Counted from the stretch's first letter, positions 28,792 to 38,382 are shown. The stretch is 64,000 nucleotides of DNA from a virus (IMGVR_UViG_3300027542_000004:32655-96654); one strand, 5' to 3'. The notes: a model not told the origin generated them from the letters alone. A program made the numbers and translations.

Positions 28792-29880
28792 GTTAAACAG
28801 TCATTCTATTTCGATTACGCGCAGAAATACTTCCCCGGCCTCGTTCTGGCCGTGGTTGAACGTCTGAACGAAAAGCGCAACAACTCCGCGCAGACGTATC
28901 TCTACAAAGAGAAACTTCGCCCCCAGTTCTCGCTTGATGGTCGCTGGGCTTCCATTCTTGCCGAATACACCCGTGTAGCCGCCGACGTTGTGGCACTTGA
29001 CTCCGAGCTTCCGCTCAAGAGCCGTGACACGCTGGAGGTTGCTTCCGGCACTATCCCCAAGATAGGTATGAAGCTCTACCTGACCGAAAAGCAGATGAAG
29101 GACGTTGATTCGATGATTGCACAGGGTCTTCCCCTTGAAACCATCATCAACAACATCTTCGCCGACACCCCCCGTTGCATCGAGGGCATCTGGGAGCGCA
29201 TCGAAGACATCTTCCTTTCCGAGCTTTCGTCCGGCGTGGGCATTTCCGAACGTAACAACGGCACCGGCGTGCGCATCAACATGAACTTCTATGAGGCCAA
29301 TCAGTTCCTCGTATCGGCTCTGTGGAGCGCAACTACCGCCACACCGCTTGACGACATTCAGAAAGTCGTTGACAAGTCCATCGAAGACTCCAACACCATC
29401 ATCGACGCATACGCCGACGATACCGCCCTCCAGCTTCTTTACAAGAACGGTCAGGTGCGTGCGCAGTTTGCCTTTGACCAAGGCATCGCCATGACTGCAT
29501 CAACAGCCATCCCCGTGCTTGACCTTTCCAAGCTCCAGCAGCTTTTCCTCACCAAGTGGAACATCCGTCTGCACCGCGTTTCGCGCCGTGTGAAGACCGA
29601 GCTTAACGGAGTTAAGCAGAACCACAACCCGTGGAAGAAAGGCACTATTACCTTTGTCTGCGATGAAGAGCTTGGCTCGCTTGTATGGACTAACGTCGCC
29701 GAAGTCAACCGCCGTGTTGATGGTGTAGTCTATCAGGTAGCCGACGAATACATCCTTGCAAAGAAGTATTCCAAGACAGACCCCCTCCGCGAGTTCACCG
29801 CTTCCGAGGCTATGGTTGTCCCCGTGTTGAACAACGTTGACCGTATCTATACGCTCGACTCTCAGACTGTTCAGGAATGA
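28792..29880 (+). CDS. Major capsid protein (GpE-like); proposed GTT start (first canonical start GTG 28852)
   Basis: AADVVALDS.LPLKSR, IPKIG, DP.REFT...A.VVPV; frame opens right after TGA at 28789-28791. Confidence 0.85.
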   Translation, partial: VKQSFYFDYAQKYFPGLVLAVVERLNEKRNNSAQTYLYKEKLRPQFSLDGRWASILAEYTRVAADVVALDSELPLKSRDTLEVASGTIPKIGMKLYLTEKQMKDVDSMIAQGLPLETIINNIFADTPRCIEGIWERIEDIFLSELSSGVGISERNNGTGVRINMNFYEANQFLVSALWSATTATPLDDIQKVVDKSIEDSNTIIDAYADDTALQLLYKNGQVRAQFAFDQGIAMTASTAIPVLDLSKLQQLFLTKWNIRLHRVSRRVKTELNGVKQNHNPWKKGTITFVCDEELGSLVWTNVAEVNRRVDGVVYQVADEYILAKKYSKTDPLREFTASEAMVVPVLNNVDRIYTLDSQTVQE

Positions 29881-30215
29881 AAGCAACCGTCCTCGTACCT
29901 TTCCGCGACAAATACGACCATGCAGTCGTGTATGCGCCCGGAGATGTAAAGGAATTTGACAATGACCGCGCAGTGGCACTGGCCGCTCGCGGTCTTGTCG
30001 AACCCTTTGCAGAAGCTCCCAAAGAACCCGAAGAAAAGGCAGAAGCCGACGCGAAGCCCGCCAAGCCTAAAGGTAAGGGCAAAGGTAAATCCACCAAAAA
30101 GGAAAAGGAAGTCGCCGATGCAGCTCCCGAAGCCGATAAGGTAGAAGCCGATGCCGACACCGAAGCTGACGCGCCCGAAGAAGCAGAAGCCGAAGATTCC
30201 AACGATAACGAATAA
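29877..30215 (+). CDS. Small head-associated protein
   Basis: PFRDK...Y..G....R...L...GLV plus low-complexity tail. Confidence 0.65.
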   Translation: MKATVLVPFRDKYDHAVVYAPGDVKEFDNDRAVALAARGLVEPFAEAPKEPEEKAEADAKPAKPKGKGKGKSTKKEKEVADAAPEADKVEADADTEADAPEEAEAEDSNDNE

Positions 30216-30220
30216 TACCG

Positions 30221-30562
30221 ATGACAATACGCGCTTACATAACCGATAAGTTGAAAGCCTACGGAATCACGGAGGCGCAGCTTGTCGATTTGTATATTTC
30301 GTCCGGGTTGAAACTTGACTCCGATGTCATGGATAACGACCCCACCGCAGTAGGCATTGCACTGACGCAGACGCTTGAGGAGTGCATCCTTGCGCCGCGA
30401 CTGTCAAGTGTAAGCGAAAGCGGGTTTTCGATGTCGTGGAACTACGACTCCGTGGGCAAGTATTACCTTTGGCTTTGTCGTAAATGGGGCGTGACCCCTA
30501 ACGATGATGTCTTGGGTATGCTTGGCATTTCCACTATTATAGACCGCACCGATAATTGGTAA
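30221..30562 (+). CDS. Head-tail adaptor
   Basis: Position; SVSESGFSMSW. Confidence 0.7.
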   Translation: MTIRAYITDKLKAYGITEAQLVDLYISSGLKLDSDVMDNDPTAVGIALTQTLEECILAPRLSSVSESGFSMSWNYDSVGKYYLWLCRKWGVTPNDDVLGMLGISTIIDRTDNW

Positions 30563-30566
30563 AAGC

Positions 30567-30896
30567 ATGTACTACGCACCCCACATATTGCAGAAGCGCA
30601 TTATCGCCGAGGAGAAGTCGGATGAATTTGGAAGACCTATTCCAGAAGAAGCTGGCGACTCTTGGGTGGAAGTGTGCCGATGCAGATGTGACCACAATGG
30701 GGATAAAGAAGTCAAGATGCCCGATGGCACGGTCGTAACGCCGGAATATCATGTTGTCCTTGAGGACAACGAACCGGATATTGAAGTCGGCGATTACGTG
30801 CGTTGTCTGAAAGCAGACGGAACTATCCGTGGCGAGGGTCGTGTCATTAAGCCGAAAACATTAAACTATCTGCCTTATGCGGAGATCTATCTGTAA
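30567..30896 (+). CDS. Head closure/stopper protein
   Basis: Position; DEFGRPI, CRCRCD. Confidence 0.65.
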   Translation: MYYAPHILQKRIIAEEKSDEFGRPIPEEAGDSWVEVCRCRCDHNGDKEVKMPDGTVVTPEYHVVLEDNEPDIEVGDYVRCLKADGTIRGEGRVIKPKTLNYLPYAEIYL

Positions 30897-31185
30897 GTTT
30901 GACTTTAGCGACGTGCGCCCGGCTTTAGCTCGCTTTCATCGTGATATGCGTAAGCAAGTTGAGCGCGTCGGTCAGGAAGCAGTGGATTACGCGGTTGAGC
31001 ATGGCGATTACCATGATGTCACCGGCGAAACGCGCAGAAGCAATCGTTACAAGGTTGATGCCAACAACAATCTGACCATCTACAACGAGTGCGACCACGC
31101 CGCAGAACTTGAGGCAAATGGCAAAGATGTAATAGAAAATGCGGCCTTATTCGCAGAACAACGACTTAAAGAGATTTTTGAATGA
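30877..31185 (+). CDS. Neck/tail completion protein (HK97 gp10-like)
   Basis: Position; Y.DVTG..R.S. Confidence 0.6.
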   Translation: MRRSICKFDFSDVRPALARFHRDMRKQVERVGQEAVDYAVEHGDYHDVTGETRRSNRYKVDANNNLTIYNECDHAAELEANGKDVIENAALFAEQRLKEIFE

Positions 31186-31580
31186 TTACCACCACTGACG
31201 CAGCAAACATCCTTTACACCGCCTGCAAAAATATCTTTGGGATGCCGGTCTATCAGGCTGGCAACATTCCCGCCGGTAAAGTAGGCAAGGATGGCCGTGT
31301 AGTCATCCATGCAAAAGAGTATACCCCCGGCTCTACATGGAAGAAAGGATTCATCGAAGTCAATTTATTTGCCGCTGATACGCCACACGGCAACGCCGAT
31401 TTAACCCGGCTTAACGAGCTTGAACGCATGGCGACCAAATTCCTCAAGGATATGGGATGGCATGACGGAACGGCTTACCGCTTTGAAGTGGCTTCTACGA
31501 TACCGATGGAAAATGCCAATCTGAAAGCCCACTACATTAACACCAAAGTGCTTTTCAAAGTGCTTAATACAATGGAATAA
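31182..31580 (+). CDS. Tail terminator-like protein
   Basis: Position before tail tube. Confidence 0.6.
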   Translation: MITTTDAANILYTACKNIFGMPVYQAGNIPAGKVGKDGRVVIHAKEYTPGSTWKKGFIEVNLFAADTPHGNADLTRLNELERMATKFLKDMGWHDGTAYRFEVASTIPMENANLKAHYINTKVLFKVLNTME

Positions 31581-31605
31581 TTAACCCCTTAACACCCATA
31601 CACGA

Positions 31606-32151
31606 GTTGAAAATTCACCTAAGATTTGCGCAGTAGGCATCAAAAAGCTGTACTATGCTGACCCCAGCAAAGTGACCGCAGACCTTACCGGCGCACTCCT
31701 TGCCGCCCTGCTCAAAGACGCGGCCACAAAGGAGGTCAAAAACATCCATCAGGACACGTGGACTATCGAGGAAAGCGAGTCTTCGCAGGATGGATACCGC
31801 AACCAGCTTACCGGTTCTATCTACCGCATGGGAACAAAGACTATGGGCGACGTGACGTTCAACTGGACTATCGGCCAGTACGACTACGCCACTAAAGCCG
31901 AGTTCCTTGGTGGTGTCGTTACCGGAAAGTCGTGGAAACGTCCTCGCGGCATCGTCGAAATCCACAAGACCCTCATCGCGCTGACCGAAGACAATCAGTA
32001 TTGCGTACTTCCCTACGCCAACGTAGCCGGTCGCGAGGCCAACACTGACGGTGCTGTCGGCATCGGCATTGTCGGCACTGCAATGGAGCCGGAAAACGAT
32101 GCGGTTTCGTCCGAATACTGGTTCGACTCTTCCGAGGTCGTGACCGCGTAA
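31606..32151 (+). CDS. Major tail tube protein; proposed GTT start (first canonical start GTG 31672)
   Basis: NIHQDTW, Y.NQLTG..Y, GQYDY.TK; frame open back to TAA at 31582. Confidence 0.75.
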   Translation, partial: VENSPKICAVGIKKLYYADPSKVTADLTGALLAALLKDAATKEVKNIHQDTWTIEESESSQDGYRNQLTGSIYRMGTKTMGDVTFNWTIGQYDYATKAEFLGGVVTGKSWKRPRGIVEIHKTLIALTEDNQYCVLPYANVAGREANTDGAVGIGIVGTAMEPENDAVSSEYWFDSSEVVTA

Positions 32152-32186
32152 GCAAAACCGATTCATCTGAAATGTTTGTAAGTGAG

Positions 32187-32218
32187 ATGGGGTGCGCCGA
32201 CAACGTACCCCATTCTTT
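32187..32218 (+). terminator. Hairpin/terminator after tail tube
   Basis: ATGGGGTGCG...CGTACCCCAT then TCTTT. Confidence 0.6.
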
Positions 32219-32238
32219 ATAAATCTAAAGTAAATCAA

Positions 32239-32640
32239 ATGGAAGCACAAAATACCGAAAACAACGATGGCGCACGGCTGGTTGCAAGTGCTATCGTCGG
32301 TCTTGACTACCGTACAATATTTGTCAACGATAAGTCTTACATCATTGAGCCACCCACAATCGCAAAGATAGCCGGGGCGACATTCTGGCTGCGCGACATG
32401 GGCGACGGAAAGACGCTGCGCGAAATCATCATGTCGCTGTCAAAAAGCGAAAATCTTACAAGGGCGTTATCGTGGTTCATTCAGGGCAATGAAGACCTCA
32501 GTGAAGAATTGACAAAAGGCACTATGGACGAAATCGTAAATGGGATTGAAGTCGCCTTTTCCATGATTGAAGCCCAAAATTTTATGAAGCTATCAGCTTT
32601 ACAGAGGAGCGCAAGTCTGCTGGTAGCAAAACCGAAATGA
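32239..32640 (+). CDS. Tail assembly chaperone
   Basis: Position; Y.I.PPTI.KIAGA. Confidence 0.65.
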   Translation: MEAQNTENNDGARLVASAIVGLDYRTIFVNDKSYIIEPPTIAKIAGATFWLRDMGDGKTLREIIMSLSKSENLTRALSWFIQGNEDLSEELTKGTMDEIVNGIEVAFSMIEAQNFMKLSALQRSASLLVAKPK

Positions 32641-32846
32641 TTGGCAACGAGTGTATGCTCGGCCAAATCGCGTCTTTTATGGAAGCTCTCTGCCTCACCT
32701 ACGATGAGGTTGTCTATAAAATTCCTTACCGCAATCTGCTTGTCATGCAGAAAGACAAGATACATCCGTGTACCGGAACTATCATAAGCAAGACAACAGG
32801 TAAAGACATGGCTTCGCGCCGCCGCCAGAATAAGCGTGGCGGTTAA
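32637..32846 (+). CDS. Tail assembly chaperone, second part
   Basis: LGQIASF.E.L.L.YDEV...IPY.NL..MQ.DK. Confidence 0.65.
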   Translation: MIGNECMLGQIASFMEALCLTYDEVVYKIPYRNLLVMQKDKIHPCTGTIISKTTGKDMASRRRQNKRGG

Positions 32847-33415
32847 GCCATCGACCTTTCCAACGCAAGCATGTCATCCTGCGTCATAAACGTGGATAGA
32901 TAACGATAATCAACTTGGAAATTAGCCGGCAGTAAGTCGGCTAATTCTGTCTTATAGTATTCAATCCATTCATTAGGGTTCATGCAGAGCGAAAGGTTCG
33001 CCATCAGCTCCGATATTATCGCGTTATCCTTTCCGCTTGGGAAGCGAAGCATACGCTCAAGAGTGCGCTTCATCAATTCCGTGGCGTTGTTTGCACGATT
33101 GGATAAGGTATTGACCACATCCTGCAAATCATTCAGGCTGGATGCAGTAAAGATTCCGCGCCGGCACTTGACCATCGCCACAAATTCATTCTCAAAGGGC
33201 GTATTGGGTGTGAACGAAGAAACAAACAGGTCGCCGAACTGAACGCCGAGCGCATCCGCGACTTTCACAAGTGCGTTTACGGAAAGACTTCTACCGCTAA
33301 GAATGTTGGATATGTGTTGCGGAAGCACTCCCATCTTATCAGCAAGTGCCTTATTCGTCATCCCTTTCTGGGCCAAAATTTCACGTATGCGTAGTTTGAT
33401 ATTCTTTCTGCTCAT
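32843..33415 (-). CDS. Xre-family HTH regulator with C-terminal extension
   Basis: LRIREIL..KGMT...LADKMGV....IS.IL.G. Confidence 0.85.
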   Translation of the reverse strand: MSRKNIKLRIREILAQKGMTNKALADKMGVLPQHISNILSGRSLSVNALVKVADALGVQFGDLFVSSFTPNTPFENEFVAMVKCRRGIFTASSLNDLQDVVNTLSNRANNATELMKRTLERMLRFPSGKDNAIISELMANLSLCMNPNEWIEYYKTELADLLPANFQVDYRYLSTFMTQDDMLALERSMA

Positions 33416-33572
33416 TGCCTGTTTCGTAATTCCATTGCAAAGGTAACAATTCCAAATCAAAACTAAACAATATTAGTGTATTAAATAATGTTAAATACTT
33501 ATTTCAATCAGTATTTAATTTTGTAGATACATTATTATTGTTTACCTTTGCGGTGTAAATCCTTATCAAGAT

Positions 33573-33821
33573 ATGGCGAGATATGCACTGCGAAATCAAG
33601 ACAAGATAGCCGACAAACTCGGCAAGGCACGGCTTGATATGCTACTGGCGACAATCAAGAGCGACAACGCCCATCCGGTTGAAGTCGGTATGCAGGGTGG
33701 CTACAAAATCCTTGAGTTCACGGATGCCACATTCAGCAAGGCGAAGCATTTGTTTGCGGTTGTCGGTGGAATGTATGACGTAGTGCAGTTGGCGTACATA
33801 TCAAGTTCGGGATTAAAATGA
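33573..33821 (+). CDS. Hypothetical protein
   Basis: First ORF after TACCTTTG promoter at ~33543. Confidence 0.65.
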   Translation: MARYALRNQDKIADKLGKARLDMLLATIKSDNAHPVEVGMQGGYKILEFTDATFSKAKHLFAVVGGMYDVVQLAYISSSGLK

Positions 33822-33834
33822 AAAGAGTAAACCA

Positions 33835-34224
33835 ATGAAAAGAGAAATCTTAAATTGCCTGACCTACATGGCAAACCGGGCGGCAGAAACCGTGGCCTAC
33901 GGCGATTGCTGGGGCGCAAAATTCTGTCAAAAGGAAGTCAAGGAAGCCCACGACAAGATGGTTGAGGAGCTTCGCAAGCACATCGACTGGAGCAATCTTA
34001 CCGTTGACGACTGCAAGGAACTGCGCTTCAATCTGTGGTCTGACAAGCTACCGATATGGCTAATCCCGATATGGCTGCTTGATGTAATCCCCGCCGGCAC
34101 GGAACTGACGAGCATCAGTGGCGAAAAGGTTGTCTTCAACACCAAAGAAGACATCGACATAGACACGCGCTGCGGCTGTCTTACATACGGAATCTACCCT
34201 AAAGCCGCAAGCAATGAAGCCTAG
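33835..34224 (+). CDS. Hypothetical protein
   Basis: Operon ORF. Confidence 0.7.
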   Translation: MKREILNCLTYMANRAAETVAYGDCWGAKFCQKEVKEAHDKMVEELRKHIDWSNLTVDDCKELRFNLWSDKLPIWLIPIWLLDVIPAGTELTSISGEKVVFNTKEDIDIDTRCGCLTYGIYPKAASNEA

Positions 34225-34678
34225 TGACATCCTGTTTAGGGCAAAGCTGTTGAATAATGACTACCGTCACGGCGAGCCTGTCCCCAAAGGTACATGGTTT
34301 ACCGGATGGTATTATCAGCTTCAACTTGCTACGGAAGCACAGCATCGCCTCGTTCTACCACGCGAGAAAGGCTTTCAGGGTCAATCCGAGATGGATATAG
34401 ACCCCGATACCCTTTGCCAGTTCACGGGCCTGCACGACGCAAACGGAACGCCAATATTTGAGGGCGACATCTTCACAGTCAATGGTCATTATCCCAAGAA
34501 GATAGAATTTAGACCAGAACACGCCGCGTTCTGCATGGCGAATCTTGATGAGCTTGATAAGCCATACCTTGAGCCGTGGCAACGGATACGTCCTGATTGG
34601 TGGAACGACTATAAGCGCGAGATTCGTATCATCGGCAACGTCTTCGATAATCCCGAACTACTGAAACAACAATCTTAA
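34214..34678 (+). CDS. YopX-family protein
   Basis: ILFRAK, QFTGL.D.NG..IFEGDI, IGNVFDNPELL. Confidence 0.85.
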   Translation: MKPSDILFRAKLLNNDYRHGEPVPKGTWFTGWYYQLQLATEAQHRLVLPREKGFQGQSEMDIDPDTLCQFTGLHDANGTPIFEGDIFTVNGHYPKKIEFRPEHAAFCMANLDELDKPYLEPWQRIRPDWWNDYKREIRIIGNVFDNPELLKQQS

Positions 34679-34690
34679 TAAACCGACAAC

Positions 34691-35395
34691 ATGTTACCAA
34701 AACAAGAAATCCTATTGTCGCCCATTCAGCAGGTAAGGCTGGAACTCTACCGCGAGCTTGGCGACGAAGCAAAAGAAGCGTTTGACTTCATTATCGGCAA
34801 TGATGCCGCTTGTGGAGTCGCAGCCCCGGAAAGCGTTGCGCCCGCAAATCCCTATAAGGATGCGGATGGTGTTTACATCATCTACAAAGATGGCTCGTAT
34901 GAGCTGTTTACCGGGCATAATGGCAAGGAAAACGTCAAGTATGTAGGCTTAATCTACAATGGCCGTCATATCGCTGTCGCGCTTAACAATCTCGGTGGCG
35001 AAGATAAAGAATATCAGTTCTTGAAAGACGGAGCAAGCGCACCGGTAGAATCGGTTTACTACACACGTCAGATGGGCATCTGCGCCTTTGAAGACTTCGC
35101 CGGTAAAGCCAACACCGAACACATCAAGAATGAATACGACTCGGAAATCCCGTTCGACTTGCTTGAGAATGGCGAATATATCCCGGCTATGGGCGAATGG
35201 GGTTTACTGATGATGTTCGCTTCGCGCATCAATGAAGCACTTGTGTACGTCGGTGGAACGCCCTTAAAGGGTTGGCTTTGGTCATCCACCGAGAACAGTC
35301 AGTACTACGCTTGGTACGTCTACTTCAATGATGGCGACACCAGCTACCTCAACAAGTGCAACAGTAACTCGGTGAGGGCGGTCGCCGCATTTTAA
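34691..35395 (+). CDS. DUF1566/C-type-lectin-fold protein with DGR-VR-like C-terminus
   Basis: YIP..GE and WSSTE....AW.V.F..G.....K.....VRAVAAF. Confidence 0.8.
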   Translation: MLPKQEILLSPIQQVRLELYRELGDEAKEAFDFIIGNDAACGVAAPESVAPANPYKDADGVYIIYKDGSYELFTGHNGKENVKYVGLIYNGRHIAVALNNLGGEDKEYQFLKDGASAPVESVYYTRQMGICAFEDFAGKANTEHIKNEYDSEIPFDLLENGEYIPAMGEWGLLMMFASRINEALVYVGGTPLKGWLWSSTENSQYYAWYVYFNDGDTSYLNKCNSNSVRAVAAF

Positions 35396-35403
35396 TTGTG
35401 TAC

Positions 35404-35429
35404 GTGGGCAGTCGTTTTCGACTGCCCAC
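35404..35429. repeat. Perfect 11-bp-stem hairpin directly downstream of the VR-like region
   Basis: GTGGGCAGTCG-TTTT-CGACTGCCCAC. Confidence 0.9.
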
Positions 35430-35454
35430 CTAACGGAAACTAAATCTATAAGCG

Positions 35455-35679
35455 ATGACCGCCTTTGAACAAATAATATACAACATCGTAAAGGAACTGC
35501 AAGACAAGTGCGTGGCCGAACACCGCGCACCTGTCTGCGTATCTATGCACGAAATCAACAAGGCTTTAATGGAACATGCTAAAACCGCGTTGAATGGCTT
35601 TGTCACGGATGGAACAATGACGTGGCATCAGAATCTTAACAAAATCCCGATGTTTACAATCCAAAATCCAAAAGACTAA
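35455..35679 (+). CDS. Hypothetical protein
   Basis: Operon ORF. Confidence 0.6.
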   Translation: MTAFEQIIYNIVKELQDKCVAEHRAPVCVSMHEINKALMEHAKTALNGFVTDGTMTWHQNLNKIPMFTIQNPKD

Positions 35680-36137
35680 TGGCTTTCCTCGGCAAATGTG
35701 CTATTCACGCAAGCAATCCCCGGATATGGCGTAAGCTGATAAACTTCGGCTTACACCTCAATCCGTGCGGAACTACGATGATTGCAAGGAGCAAGAAAAA
35801 TCACATCTGCACCGTAGTGCAAAACGGCTCTTTCTTCAATGCTACGGAAGACGAAATTAGCGAGGGCGTACACGATTGCGAGGATAACGATGAATTATTC
35901 TTTGCGCTTGCAGCCCTGCGCGATGATAGCGACATCAATCAGTGGTTTATCTATGACAATCGGGCGTGGAATGATGATAATCCTGTCCGGTGTTGGTTCA
36001 TCTGCAAGCAAGAAAGCATTGAAGATGATATGTGCTACGATTGCATGTTTACGGATTGCGAAAAAGCCACGGAACGCGAGCTTATACTACACTTCAACGG
36101 CGATGATGATGACGAAATCGTACTAAATCAGCAATGA
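35679..36137 (+). CDS. Hypothetical protein
   Basis: ELF.ALAALRDDSD..QWF motif. Confidence 0.7.
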   Translation: MAFLGKCAIHASNPRIWRKLINFGLHLNPCGTTMIARSKKNHICTVVQNGSFFNATEDEISEGVHDCEDNDELFFALAALRDDSDINQWFIYDNRAWNDDNPVRCWFICKQESIEDDMCYDCMFTDCEKATERELILHFNGDDDDEIVLNQQ

Positions 36138-36138
36138 C

Positions 36139-36447
36139 ATGAAACCCATCGTAAAAAGATTAGCCACCGCCTACGCCGACGGAATGGCGCAGTTTGAACA
36201 CCATCGCCTTTACTGCATCGATGACTTCGCCGCCGGCATGGAGGCATGGGCAGAAATCAAGCGTGACAAGAACGGCTTCGCTACGGAAGATTGCCTTGAT
36301 GAAATGTTCGCCTACATGCCTTTCGTAATCTACGATAGCCGCGACAACGACATTGAAGCGGTTTGTCAGGATGACTGGCGCGGCGACATTGAGAAGCATA
36401 CATATTACACCCATTGGAAACCAATTATAACACCAATAACGAAATGA
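36139..36447 (+). CDS. Hypothetical protein
   Basis: Ends in THW.P. Confidence 0.6.
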   Translation: MKPIVKRLATAYADGMAQFEHHRLYCIDDFAAGMEAWAEIKRDKNGFATEDCLDEMFAYMPFVIYDSRDNDIEAVCQDDWRGDIEKHTYYTHWKPIITPITK

Positions 36448-36677
36448 AGACAAAGCTATTCATGGCCGCGATACTGACGCTTATTCTTGAGTCATGCACA
36501 TCATCGGCTACACACGAAGACTGGCAGAAGATGCAAGACAAGGAATGTGCGTCACGCATCACAAAGTTCAACTACGAGGGGCATAGCTATCTGCTTTACC
36601 GATATGGCAAAGAGGGTGTTGGAATAACCCACGACGCGAATTGCCAATGCTATCGCATCCCGGATTCAGACTATTAA
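36444..36677 (+). CDS. Small putative lipoprotein
   Basis: Signal peptide ending in SC; FNYEGHSY, H..NC.C. Confidence 0.6.
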   Translation: MKTKLFMAAILTLILESCTSSATHEDWQKMQDKECASRITKFNYEGHSYLLYRYGKEGVGITHDANCQCYRIPDSDY

Positions 36678-36700
36678 CAACCCACACAACGAATATCGGA

Positions 36701-36874
36701 ATGAAAACAAAGACAATCCTTAAAGTCGTGGCGGTCATCGCCCTGCTTTTTATCGGCAATCGCTTCTACAACCACGTTACCGCATGGGGTGGAATCGGCA
36801 TCATGGTGCTGGCTCTGCTTCTGGCGGTTTACTTCATATTCAAACCAATCAACAATAACAAGACAACGATATGA
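36701..36874 (+). CDS. Small two-TM membrane protein
   Basis: Two hydrophobic segments. Confidence 0.6.
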   Translation: MKTKTILKVVAVIALLFIGNRFYNHVTAWGGIGIMVLALLLAVYFIFKPINNNKTTI

Positions 36875-37674
36875 AAGAGAAACAATACATCACTTACGAA
36901 CAAGCAACCGCCATAGCTCAAACCGGCTTATGGGATTGCGAAGATGCCGATGCAGTATATTTTGACTGCGAGGAACGTAACAAACACGCCGTACCGTCAA
37001 CCATAGAAGAAATAGACAAGCTCTTTGAAGGCGATAAGGTGGAAATAATTGTCTGCCCTCGCTTCACGCTTGCAGAGGCTATCGACTGGCTGCGCGATTA
37101 CGCCGGCATCCACGTTCAGATAAACAACGTGAAACGCAAACAGTGGTCATACGACCTTGTTGACATCAACAGATTGGAGAATGAAGACGGTACACCATAC
37201 AACTTCGTACCGGAACGCGAAACCACACCCATCTTCAATACCTATGAAGAAGCCGTATCGGATGCCATCGACAAGGCGGTGGAAATCTACACGCCCACAG
37301 AAGAAGAGCTGAACATGGATGACGGTCAATTCCCTACGATGTCAGAAGAAGAATACAACAAGCTCCGCGATGAAATCGAAAATTCGGACATGTATGACGG
37401 TCGCGGAAAATACGACGTGTACGAATGTGAGGGCTGCGACCATCATCTTATCACGACCTATGCAGTCAAAGGCGTAACCCCGTTTGTCGTCACTTGCCCC
37501 AAATGCGGAAAGGGAATGTTGCACGTCCGAACCCTCAAAGCCGCATCCGCTGGCGAGAATGTCATCAAGTGGATACGCCCTACCTATGAGCAGTATTGCA
37601 AGCTGTCATACGGCTATCGTGACCATATCGGCAATGGCGGTCTAATCTTGGAAACAGTCATCAAAAACGACTAA
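36871..37674 (+). CDS. Two-domain hypothetical protein with C-terminal zinc ribbon
   Basis: Y.CEGC...GVTPF...CPKCG. Confidence 0.7.
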   Translation: MKEKQYITYEQATAIAQTGLWDCEDADAVYFDCEERNKHAVPSTIEEIDKLFEGDKVEIIVCPRFTLAEAIDWLRDYAGIHVQINNVKRKQWSYDLVDINRLENEDGTPYNFVPERETTPIFNTYEEAVSDAIDKAVEIYTPTEEELNMDDGQFPTMSEEEYNKLRDEIENSDMYDGRGKYDVYECEGCDHHLITTYAVKGVTPFVVTCPKCGKGMLHVRTLKAASAGENVIKWIRPTYEQYCKLSYGYRDHIGNGGLILETVIKND

Positions 37675-37677
37675 ATC

Positions 37678-37914
37678 ATGGATAAGAAAACAGCAGAAAA
37701 GGCAAGCAAGCTCCTTAAAACACTGGAGCGTCTTGAAGAAATCCGGCAAGCCACGGAAGAAAGTAAATCGCATTGGTGGTCATTTCTTACGCCAGACGTA
37801 AAACGGCTCACTGATAACGATGGGTTGATGATGCCAGAAATCCTGCGCAACGAGTTTAAGAAAGCCGTGGAAAGGGCTATCGAAAAGACTAAAGTCAAAC
37901 TTGACAAGCTCTGA
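37678..37914 (+). CDS. Hypothetical protein
   Basis: Operon ORF. Confidence 0.6.
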   Translation: MDKKTAEKASKLLKTLERLEEIRQATEESKSHWWSFLTPDVKRLTDNDGLMMPEILRNEFKKAVERAIEKTKVKLDKL

Positions 37915-38037
37915 ACCATGACGAATCTATCCATGCGATTGCAGGCTGCGATGGCGCAAGACGAGAAACTATGGAAGCAGATTAGGCTTCTGCAAGCCAC
38001 AGAAGAATTTGAGGCTGCGCTATGACGCTACGCTTCA

Positions 38038-38382
38038 TTGATGGATGAAATCAACGGCAGAGAGGATGGCGAAACCTTGAAGCTGATTGTGAAAGTCCTG
38101 AAAGAGGATGTGGGGCTTCCTATTCACAACATCCCGTCGGAATTTCATACAGAGGAGCTACAAAATGCGTTGGCGCAGTTGCAAGAAGCCATTCAGCAAA
38201 GGTTTGAAATCCACGAAGACGAGATTGTATTCCTTCAGAAGCAAGTCGAAACTTTCAAAAAGGCAATCAGAAAACAGAACAAGCAAAACTACCACATATT
38301 AAAAACCATAGGCAGACCAATCCCCGGCCATCAGCATCAGTCGGCATGGAATAGAACAAGGTCTAACCCCAAATTAAGATAA
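38038..38382 (+). CDS. Hypothetical protein (5' end uncertain)
   Basis: ORF preceded by a short fragment at 37918. Confidence 0.45.
   Translation: MMDEINGREDGETLKLIVKVLKEDVGLPIHNIPSEFHTEELQNALAQLQEAIQQRFEIHEDEIVFLQKQVETFKKAIRKQNKQNYHILKTIGRPIPGHQHQSAWNRTRSNPKLR

Noticed and set aside
28330-28852. Stop-codon readthrough or recoding from the decoration gene into the capsid gene
   Set aside because: Two different in-frame stops (TAA, TGA) intervene, and all three stop codons end genes normally elsewhere, so no genome-wide recoding
27725-29481. Long antisense ORFs opposite the scaffold and capsid genes (and similar ones elsewhere)
   Set aside because: Expected from the codon bias of the sense genes; no motifs or promoters
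32600-32650. Programmed frameshift between the tail chaperones
   Set aside because: No clear slippery heptamer; the ATGA overlap suffices
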